Assembly (NCBI GenBank): GCA_017559885.1
Contig: JAFYQN010000160.1
Coordinates: forward strand, 1 to 28,334
DNA length: 28,334 nucleotides
From: Clostridia bacterium
GTDB lineage: Bacteria; Bacillota; Clostridia; Oscillospirales; Acutalibacteraceae
Direction of reading: 5' to 3'
The notes beneath the pieces are model-generated. The model did no database searches. It was given only the letters and a program-made list of their open reading frames with translations, and was not told the origin of the DNA. The translations under genes were made by a program, and so were the position numbers. Each line of letters begins with the position of its first letter. The first letter of the stretch is position 1. Of this stretch, positions 15,731 to 22,906 are shown one piece after another.

Positions 15731-17539
15731 ATGCAAGCACTTATTTTAGCGGCAGGAATGGGCAAACGCCTTAAAGAACTAACCCAAGACAACACCAAAT
15801 GTATGGTTAAAATTAACGGCGTTACGTTAATAGAGCGTATGCTTCGTCAGATAGATAAGCACAACCTTTCAAAAATTGTTATTGTTATTGGTTACGAAGG
15901 CCAAAAACTTATCGACTATATCGCTACGCTTAAAAATATTAAAACCCCTATCGTATACGTGAATAATCCTATATACGACAAAACAAACAACATCTATTCT
16001 CTTTCTCTTGCGCAGGATTATCTTTGCGAAGAAGATACCCTTTTGTTTGAATCGGATCTTATTTTTGAGGATAGCATTATCGATTTATTACTCAACGACC
16101 CTCGCCCATCGCTTGCGCTTGTTGACAAGTACGAAAGTTGGATGGATGGCACCTGTCTTAAAATTGACGAGCAAGATAATATTACCGCCTTTATTCCGGG
16201 CAAAAACTTTAAATACAGCGAAAAAGACGAGTACTACAAAACCGTAAATATTTATAAGTTTAGTAAAAACTTTTCAAAAAACAGTTATGTTCCTTTCCTT
16301 AACGCTTATATAAAGGCGCTTGGCGAAAACGAATATTATGAACAGGTTCTTCGCGTTATCACAATGCTTGATAACCCCGAAATAAAAGCAGAGCGCCTTA
16401 CAGGTCAACTTTGGTACGAAACCGATGATATTCAAGACCTTGATATCGCGTCCTCTATGTTCCACCCTGACGATGACGAAAAAGTTGCCGCTTTACAGCG
16501 CAGGTTTGGCGGATATTGGCGCTATCCTAAATTGCTTGATTTTTGCTATCTTGTAAACCCATATTTTCCACCGCAACGACTTATGGACGAAATCAAAGCG
16601 AATTTTGAAACGCTTATAACCCAGTATCCAAGCGGTATGGGTGTAAACTCACTTCTTGCGGCAAAGAATTTTGATATTCATCAGCAAAACATTGTCGTAG
16701 GTAACGGCGCCGCCGAACTTATTAAATCGTTTATGGAAATGCAAAACGGAAAAATTGGTTTTGCGCGTCCTACTTTTGAGGAATATCCAAACCGTTACAC
16801 AAAAGAAAACTCGGTTGTTTTTGTGCCAAGCAACAAGGATTTTTCATATAGCGCCGACGATTTAATGGAATTTTTTGGCGATAAAGACATTAAAACACTT
16901 GTGGTTATTAATCCCGATAACCCATCAGGCAACTATATTCCAAAGCGTGACCTTTTACGTCTTGTTGATTGGTCAAAAGAAAAGGGTGTAAAACTTGTTA
17001 TTGATGAATCGTTTGTTGATTTTTCAGTTTGTGAAGATTCTACAATCATATTGCAGGACGTTTTAGATAATAACAAACATCTCTATGTTGTAAAAAGCAT
17101 TTCAAAATCTTATGGCGTACCCGGTATTCGCCTTGGTATACTTGCAAGCGGTGACGTCGAAACCATTGCCGTTATTAAAAAAGACGTTGCAATCTGGAAC
17201 ATAAACTCCTTTGGCGAATTTTATATGCAGATTGCCGAAAAGTATAAAAAAGATTATGCCCAAGCGCTTGTTAAATTCCGCGATGAACGTAACCGTTTCT
17301 TAAACGAACTAAATGCAATCAAAGGCATTCGCGTTATTCCTTCGCAGGCAAACTACTTTATGGTAGAACTTACCGGCGGTATTACAGCAAAAGAACTTAC
17401 CAAAAAAATGCTTATAATATACGATATACTTATAAAAGACCTCTCAACAAAGGTAGATGGTCAGTATATTAGAATTGCGATTCGTTCAAAAGAAGACAAT
17501 GACCGATTAATCGACGCGTTTAAAGCAGAAATTTTTTAA
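15731..17539 (+). CDS. Bifunctional LicC/PntC-like cytidylyltransferase + HisC/CobD-like class I/II PLP enzyme
   Basis: N-terminus ALILAAGMGKRL, TNNIYSL, ESDLIF, WYETDDIQDL; C-terminus LLDFCYLVNPYFP, GNGAAELI, NPDNPSG, IDESF, SISKSYGVPGIRLG (PLP Lys). Confidence 0.85.
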   Translation: MQALILAAGMGKRLKELTQDNTKCMVKINGVTLIERMLRQIDKHNLSKIVIVIGYEGQKLIDYIATLKNIKTPIVYVNNPIYDKTNNIYSLSLAQDYLCEEDTLLFESDLIFEDSIIDLLLNDPRPSLALVDKYESWMDGTCLKIDEQDNITAFIPGKNFKYSEKDEYYKTVNIYKFSKNFSKNSYVPFLNAYIKALGENEYYEQVLRVITMLDNPEIKAERLTGQLWYETDDIQDLDIASSMFHPDDDEKVAALQRRFGGYWRYPKLLDFCYLVNPYFPPQRLMDEIKANFETLITQYPSGMGVNSLLAAKNFDIHQQNIVVGNGAAELIKSFMEMQNGKIGFARPTFEEYPNRYTKENSVVFVPSNKDFSYSADDLMEFFGDKDIKTLVVINPDNPSGNYIPKRDLLRLVDWSKEKGVKLVIDESFVDFSVCEDSTIILQDVLDNNKHLYVVKSISKSYGVPGIRLGILASGDVETIAVIKKDVAIWNINSFGEFYMQIAEKYKKDYAQALVKFRDERNRFLNELNAIKGIRVIPSQANYFMVELTGGITAKELTKKMLIIYDILIKDLSTKVDGQYIRIAIRSKEDNDRLIDAFKAEIF

Positions 17540-17557
17540 TTCCGAAGGGATAAAAAG

Positions 17558-18637
17558 ATGAACATTACTATTGTTGGCGCAGGAAATATTGGCACACAAA
17601 TCGCCGTTCACTGCGCATCAAAAGGGCATAAAGTAATAATTTATACTTCAAAGTGCGACCTGTTTTCCAAAGATTTAAAAATAGTCAACGAACTTGGCGA
17701 AACCTTTTTAAGCGGTGAAATTGATTGCGCTACTTGTGATGCACCTCACGCTTTTTGTAATGCTGACCTTGTTTTTGTAACCGTTCCTGCCTTTTATATG
17801 CAAGACACTGCCAAAGTTATGTCACCACATTTAAAACGCGGCGCCAAAATATGCTTGGTGCCTGGTACGGGAGGCGGTGAATTTGCCTTTAAAGATGCCA
17901 TAGATAACGGTTGCGTATTGTTTGGTTTGCAACGCGTGCCAAGTGTTGCGCGACTTGTAGAGTATGGCAAAACAGTGTGCGCTACGGGCTATCGCGACGA
18001 GTTGTTCGCGGCGGCAATCCCCGACTCTTTTTCGAGTGAGTGCGCCAAGATTATAGCAAGCATTTTTGATATGAAATGTAGCGAATTGCCGTCATATCTT
18101 AATATAACGCTCACGCCGTCAAATCCTATTTTGCACACAACCCGACTAAAAACTATTTTTGGCGATTACACCGATGGTAAAACATACGATAGCGTACCGC
18201 TTTTTTATGAGGGATGGACCGACGAGTCCTCTCGACTTTTGCTTGCGTGTGACGACGAAGTGCAAAATATTTGTAAAGCGCTTGATATGTTTAATTTATC
18301 TTTTGTGAAATCTTTAAAAATTCACTACGAAAGCGAAAATGCCGAGCAACTAACAAACAAAATAACAAGCATTAAAAGTTTTAAAGGACTTAAAACCCCA
18401 AGCGTTAAGACCGCAGACGGCTACGCTCCCGATTTGAACTCGCGTTATTTTACCGCAGATTTTTCTTACGGACTTGAAATTCTTATTCAGATTGCCGATT
18501 TTTTAAATTTGCCTTGTCCTTTTATGAAATCTACTATGGACTGGTACAATAAAATCGCGCTGCAAAAAAACCGTTTTTGTTTTGCCGATTACGGTATAAA
18601 TAATCTTGATGATTTTATAAATTTTTATCAACAATAA
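17558..18637 (+). CDS. NAD(P)-dependent opine (octopine/nopaline-type) dehydrogenase family protein
   Basis: Rossmann ITIVGAGNIG, SNPILHTTRL, PLFYEGW, SRYFTADFSYGL (Octopine_DH-like C-terminal motif); 359 aa. Confidence 0.8.
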   Translation: MNITIVGAGNIGTQIAVHCASKGHKVIIYTSKCDLFSKDLKIVNELGETFLSGEIDCATCDAPHAFCNADLVFVTVPAFYMQDTAKVMSPHLKRGAKICLVPGTGGGEFAFKDAIDNGCVLFGLQRVPSVARLVEYGKTVCATGYRDELFAAAIPDSFSSECAKIIASIFDMKCSELPSYLNITLTPSNPILHTTRLKTIFGDYTDGKTYDSVPLFYEGWTDESSRLLLACDDEVQNICKALDMFNLSFVKSLKIHYESENAEQLTNKITSIKSFKGLKTPSVKTADGYAPDLNSRYFTADFSYGLEILIQIADFLNLPCPFMKSTMDWYNKIALQKNRFCFADYGINNLDDFINFYQQ

Positions 18638-18677
18638 AAATTACCCCGAATCACAAACGTGACTCGGGGTGTTTTTT
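18636..18677. terminator. Bidirectional intrinsic terminator between convergent genes
   Basis: ACCCCGA-A-TCAC-AAAC-GTGA-C-TCGGGGT stem (18643-18670), A-run on the left and T-run on the right. Confidence 0.85.
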
Positions 18678-19536
18678 ATTCATCTTGAGGTTCTTCTGTC
18701 GGCTTTGTTTTTTTACCGAGATAATCCTCTTGCTTTTTTAGCGAGTTGTGCATTAGGTCGGATATTTTATCGCCAATGTCGACCGTATGACTGTTGTCTG
18801 CAGTATCTATTACGTCTATAATTTCAAAATAGATGTCGGTTCTACGGCGAAGCAAATTTTTGGGTATCTGTTTTGTGCCCCAAAGTGTGCAAACCACAAT
18901 TTTTGACTGCGATTTGGTAGCGATTTTTAACGCGCCGTTGCGTATAGGCAACAACTCACCGCTTTTGCTAACGTATCCTTCGGGGAAAATAGCTACCGAG
19001 TTGGTCTTGTCTTTAATAAGACGCGTCGCATTAATTATGGTTTTTGCCGCTTCGCGATTGTTTTCACGGTCTATTAACTGTCCGCTTAACTTATGTAACG
19101 CTTTATAAATAAAAGGATATATCTCACGAAGTTCCTTTTTTGCTATAAAGGCAATTCGTGAATCAGGCACTGCATAGTAAATTATTGCAGGGTCAAGGTC
19201 ATGTATGTGGTTACTTACCAATAAAAACGGTTCGCCCTGCGGTATTTTTTCACTACCTGTTATATGCACCTTTACTCTAAGTATGGGAAATGCCATTTCC
19301 AAAAAGCCCTTTACCAAAAGGCGAAAGAAATCGGTATCTCGCGGAGGTTTATTTAAATTTACAGTCATTATGTTAAGAGCAAATACCGCCACGTGTAAAG
19401 CAATTAACGCAACAAAGGTTGCTACCAATATAACGGGTACCAACCACCACGAATAAGACTGCCCGAAAATGTTAAACGGGATATCAAGCAACAGCGTTAT
19501 AACCGCCGCTATAATAGCGTAAATTTTAAATGTCAT
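18676..19536 (-). CDS. PlsC-family (lysophospholipid) acyltransferase with two N-terminal TM helices
   Basis: NHIHDLD (HX4D), FIAKKEL, FPEG; start ATG 19536 with SD GAGAGG. Confidence 0.85.
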   Translation of the reverse strand: MTFKIYAIIAAVITLLLDIPFNIFGQSYSWWLVPVILVATFVALIALHVAVFALNIMTVNLNKPPRDTDFFRLLVKGFLEMAFPILRVKVHITGSEKIPQGEPFLLVSNHIHDLDPAIIYYAVPDSRIAFIAKKELREIYPFIYKALHKLSGQLIDRENNREAAKTIINATRLIKDKTNSVAIFPEGYVSKSGELLPIRNGALKIATKSQSKIVVCTLWGTKQIPKNLLRRRTDIYFEIIDVIDTADNSHTVDIGDKISDLMHNSLKKQEDYLGKKTKPTEEPQDE

Positions 19537-19546
19537 TTTTTGCCTC

Positions 19547-19729
19547 TCAGTTCTGTTTTTGCACAATTTTATACTCGTCATAAAAATTATAATACGGACA
19601 ATTATAAACCTGCGACGTCAAAAATCGTGACATTTCATCTTCATCAAGACGACAGTCGCAAAAATACTCGTCGTATTCCGCGTCGTATATATAATTGGCG
19701 CAAGTTTCACAATTTGTGCTTCTTTTCAC
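19547..19729 (-). CDS. Small Cys/Tyr/acid-rich protein, DUF6472-like (60 aa)
   Basis: GTG at 19729 with SD GGAGG; NCETCANYIYDAEYDEYFCDCRLDEDEMSRFL..CPYY..DEYKIVQKQN. The longer ORF-track version merely reads through the LCP tail in another frame. Confidence 0.78.
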   Translation of the reverse strand: MKRSTNCETCANYIYDAEYDEYFCDCRLDEDEMSRFLTSQVYNCPYYNFYDEYKIVQKQN

Positions 19730-19745
19730 GACTGGTCCTCCTTTG

Positions 19746-21335
19746 TTATGCTGCCGGTTCTTGCTCTGTTGGTTGTGATTCGGGGTCTTCACTCGATGTG
19801 GATTCTTCACTGCTTGAAGATTCATCGTCCGACGAATCTTGTTCGTCAGAAGTATCATCCGAGGTTGTATCTCCCGACGAGGTTTCTTCGTCCTCGCTTG
19901 TGGTGTCATCGCTTGATGTGTCGTCACTCGAGGTATCGTCGCTTGACGTGTCGTCACTTGACGTGTCGTCAGGTTGCTCGCTCTCTATTGGTTCTTCGCT
20001 TGAATTTTGCTGTTGCGATGAGTTTGACGGATAACGTTTTCCGCCCATATCGCTATACCAATCGTTGTTTTCTATGGGATTTTCTTCAATAAACTGTTCG
20101 ATTGTTACGTCGTCATATATAACCGCGTTAATAAGTTTTTCGGCGTAATCAAGGTCGTAATAAATTACCGAGCCGTATCCCGATGGAGCCGTCATCAAAA
20201 AGTCGCTTTGGTATTCTGACGGTGGCAAACGATACTGTTCAAAAGACGGCGAGCCCAGTAGCACGCTTGTTGCAAGACTGAGTATGTCGCCATAAGAAAG
20301 TGAGGTTTCAGTGCATGGAATAAGCGCCTTGATAAGTTCGGGATATTGCGATTTGCTCATTGAGGTTGCCTTGTTAAATAGTCCTTGCATAACGTGGCGT
20401 TGACGATCGGTACGACCATAGTCGTTGTTGGTGCCCCAAACATTGCGACAATAACGCACACGCGAATAAGCAACCGCTTGAACACCGTTAAGAACGTGGT
20501 CGCCTGCGGTATGAATGTAATAATCTTTAGGGTCAAGACCCATCTCTTTACATATTTCATCCATACAGTTGTTAAGATTTGGTCGGTCGTTACCCTTCCA
20601 GGTAAGTTCATCTTGAGTTATGGTGGCAGGGATACCGCCAACCGCGTCAATTATATCTACCATTCCGTAGAAATTAACGGTTGCATACTCGGATATATCC
20701 AAACCAAACGCCTGATTTAAAGTTTTAATTGCGTGCTCGGGACCTTTTGTGTACGCCGAGTTAATCTTGCCAAAATAACTTTTTCCTTCATACTCCATAG
20801 GAACAAGGGTGTCACGCATAATAGAAAAGATTTTTATCTTTTTGGTCTTGGTATTAATACTTAAAATCATAATACTGTCGGTGTTGCCGCTAAAAATTTC
20901 TTCGTCGCGTGAGTCAACACCAAAAAGCGCTACGTTAACAACGTTTTTATCTATTATGTCGGTGTAACCAAGGTCACCTGAAATATCGCGATGATTAAGT
21001 CCAAAAAGGGCAATAATCGCCGAGAATATTGGCGATAAGATTGGCGCTATAAATATAACAAACGCAAGAATCAGCGCAATAAGCGATGTTGCAGAAATAC
21101 TTACAAAAGCGATTTTTTTACCGCTTGTAAGAGCGTTCCACCAACCCTTGATGCCGCGAGATTTTTTCTTGTATACACTATTTGAACTTATATCTTCAAA
21201 TTTAATATTGCCGTCTTGATAACTTGAATCCGAAACGATATCTTCATAAGTTTCTTCATCCTTTTTTTGCATTGCGGCGATAATATCTTCGTATTTTTCG
21301 TTAAAATTTAAATCAAAATTATCCTTTTTATCCAT
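19746..21335 (-). CDS. LCP (LytR-CpsA-Psr) family glycopolymer-peptidoglycan phosphotransferase with acidic Ser/Thr/Asp tail
   Basis: TM helix, ALFGVDSR, GNTDSIMI, SIMRDT, KINSAY, LNGVQAVAYSRVR, DYGRTDRQR. Confidence 0.93.
   Translation of the reverse strand: MDKKDNFDLNFNEKYEDIIAAMQKKDEETYEDIVSDSSYQDGNIKFEDISSNSVYKKKSRGIKGWWNALTSGKKIAFVSISATSLIALILAFVIFIAPILSPIFSAIIALFGLNHRDISGDLGYTDIIDKNVVNVALFGVDSRDEEIFSGNTDSIMILSINTKTKKIKIFSIMRDTLVPMEYEGKSYFGKINSAYTKGPEHAIKTLNQAFGLDISEYATVNFYGMVDIIDAVGGIPATITQDELTWKGNDRPNLNNCMDEICKEMGLDPKDYYIHTAGDHVLNGVQAVAYSRVRYCRNVWGTNNDYGRTDRQRHVMQGLFNKATSMSKSQYPELIKALIPCTETSLSYGDILSLATSVLLGSPSFEQYRLPPSEYQSDFLMTAPSGYGSVIYYDLDYAEKLINAVIYDDVTIEQFIEENPIENNDWYSDMGGKRYPSNSSQQQNSSEEPIESEQPDDTSSDDTSSDDTSSDDTSSDDTTSEDEETSSGDTTSDDTSDEQDSSDDESSSSEESTSSEDPESQPTEQEPAA
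19903..19971 (-). repeat. Degenerate 15-bp tandem repeat (about 4.6 copies) encoding (DDTSS)n in the LCP tail
   Basis: Plus-strand units GTGTCATCGCTTGAT, GTGTCGTCACTCGAG, GTATCGTCGCTTGAC, GTGTCGTCACTTGAC, GTGTCGTCA. Confidence 0.85.
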
Positions 21336-21350
21336 ACTGCACCACCAATT

Positions 21351-22172
21351 TTATACAAGCATTTGCTTATATATATCGCTCTTTTTTATACCGGTTGTTT
21401 TTGCCGCTTCTTTTGCCGCCAACGAAGCTGACATTCCGTCATCTGATAATTTTTTTGCAAGTTTTACCGCATCTTCTAAAGTGTAAACCTGTTCCTCTTG
21501 CTTTGCGCCCTCAATAATAAGAACATATTCTCCGCGTGGTTCTTGCGTTTCATAGTACTTTATTGCTTCGCTAAAACTTGTCCTCATTACCGTTTCGTGA
21601 ATTTTGGTTATTTCGCGAACAATTGCTATGTTACGCTCGCCAAACACCTCGTACATATCAGCAAGTGTACGAACGAGTTTGTGTGGGGCTTCATAAAATA
21701 TCATTGTGCGTTTTTCGTTTTTTACTTCTTCGAGATGCTTTTTTCTTGACGGTTTGTTTACCGATAAAAAACCTTCAAAGCAAAATCTACCGCTTGGGCA
21801 TCCCGATATCGCCAACGCCGTGGCAAAAGCCGTAGGACCCGGAACCGATTCGACAGCGATGCCCTTTTCGTGACACTCTCGAATAAGGTCTTCGCCGGGG
21901 TCAGATATGGCAGGCATACCTGCATCGGTTACAATGGCGCAGGTCTCGCCTGCAAGAAGTCGATCGACAACCACGTTGCCTCTTTCTTTTTTATTATGCT
22001 CAAAGTACGCCACCATTGGCTTTGAGATTCCTAAATGATTAAGCAATTTTACCGTAACGCGAGTGTCCTCGGCGGCAATAAAATCTACTTCACTTAAAAT
22101 TCTCTTTCCTCGAGGGGAAAAATCCTCAAGATTGCCTATGGGAGTGCCTAAAACATAAAGTTTTCCACTCAT
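21351..22172 (-). CDS. rsmI: 16S rRNA (cytidine-1402-2'-O)-methyltransferase
   Basis: LYVLGTPIGNLED, AAEDTR, DAGMPAISDPG, FYEAPHKL, RGEYVLII. Confidence 0.97.
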   Translation of the reverse strand: MSGKLYVLGTPIGNLEDFSPRGKRILSEVDFIAAEDTRVTVKLLNHLGISKPMVAYFEHNKKERGNVVVDRLLAGETCAIVTDAGMPAISDPGEDLIRECHEKGIAVESVPGPTAFATALAISGCPSGRFCFEGFLSVNKPSRKKHLEEVKNEKRTMIFYEAPHKLVRTLADMYEVFGERNIAIVREITKIHETVMRTSFSEAIKYYETQEPRGEYVLIIEGAKQEEQVYTLEDAVKLAKKLSDDGMSASLAAKEAAKTTGIKKSDIYKQMLV

Positions 22173-22906
22173 TTTAAATACGCTTCCTTATAACTTCCGT
22201 AAATATCTATCATTTCTTTAGAGAAATTTCCGTTACCGTCTTCAACGTATAACGTCGGCTCTATGGTAAGAGCCGTGTTACCGCATCGTCTGCCCTCTAA
22301 AAGCACAAGCCACGGAGACTCTCCTACGCATTTGCACACAAGTCGGAGTCTTTTGGGCTCTACCTTGTATTTACGCATAAGGTCCATCATTTCAGCCAGT
22401 CGCTCGGGGCGTTGACACATACAAAGTCTGCCGCCCGTTTGCAAAAGTTTTGCGCCAACGGCAATAATGTCTTCTAAAGTACACTCTACTTCGTGTCGCG
22501 CAACGCTTTTTACGCTGTCGGGATTTTTAATTCCCGCATCGGGCGCCTTGTATGGCGGATTGCAGGTCACTAACGTATGGCACCCAAAGGGTACTTTACC
22601 TTTTAAATCTTTTAAATCAGATAAAACAGGCGTAAACCTGTCAATACCGTAGTCGTTTTTGGTCTTGGTTGCAAGTTCAATCGCTTCGCCTGATATATCG
22701 ACACCGTATGCCGTATCGCAATTATTATCGCGCAACATCAAAAACGCAATTATGCCGCAACCGGTACCCAAGTCAACGAGTTTATCTTTTTTCTTTGGTT
22801 TTGCAAAATAGCTAAGCAATACCGCATCGGTACCAAAAGTATGATGCGGTGATACGCAAATGAATTTACCCTCGCCTATTGGTTCACGCTTTACGCTCTG
22901 GTCCAT
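22169..22906 (-). CDS. tRNA1(Val) adenine-37 N6-methyltransferase-like (YabB/TrmN6 family)
   Basis: FGTDAVLL, DLGTGCG SAM motif, CNPPY, ARHE, EPKRLR; directly upstream of rsmI as with Bacillus yabB. Confidence 0.85.
   Translation of the reverse strand: MDQSVKREPIGEGKFICVSPHHTFGTDAVLLSYFAKPKKKDKLVDLGTGCGIIAFLMLRDNNCDTAYGVDISGEAIELATKTKNDYGIDRFTPVLSDLKDLKGKVPFGCHTLVTCNPPYKAPDAGIKNPDSVKSVARHEVECTLEDIIAVGAKLLQTGGRLCMCQRPERLAEMMDLMRKYKVEPKRLRLVCKCVGESPWLVLLEGRRCGNTALTIEPTLYVEDGNGNFSKEMIDIYGSYKEAYLK

Noticed and set aside
14861-17539. Classical lic phosphocholine or phosphonate (Pnt/Aep) locus
   Set aside because: No choline kinase, choline permease, PEP mutase or phosphonopyruvate decarboxylase in the window; they could be encoded elsewhere, so this is not fully excluded
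9071-18670. Glycan module as a mobile element or genomic island
   Set aside because: No integrase, transposase, tRNA target or flanking direct repeats seen; some lines look more AT-rich, but I could not compute GC or codon statistics
19730-19957. N-terminal extension of the 136-aa ORF (19547-19957)
   Set aside because: Overlaps the LCP tail in another frame; a strong GGAGG SD points to GTG 19729 as the real start
19903-19971. Tandem repeat considered as a possible CRISPR array
   Set aside because: 15-bp units without spacers, in frame within a CDS; no cas genes
19540-20092. 164-aa and 114-aa plus-strand ORFs with SSLDV / CRHLT repeats
   Set aside because: Alternative-frame readings of the LCP tail's 15-bp repeat, not independent genes
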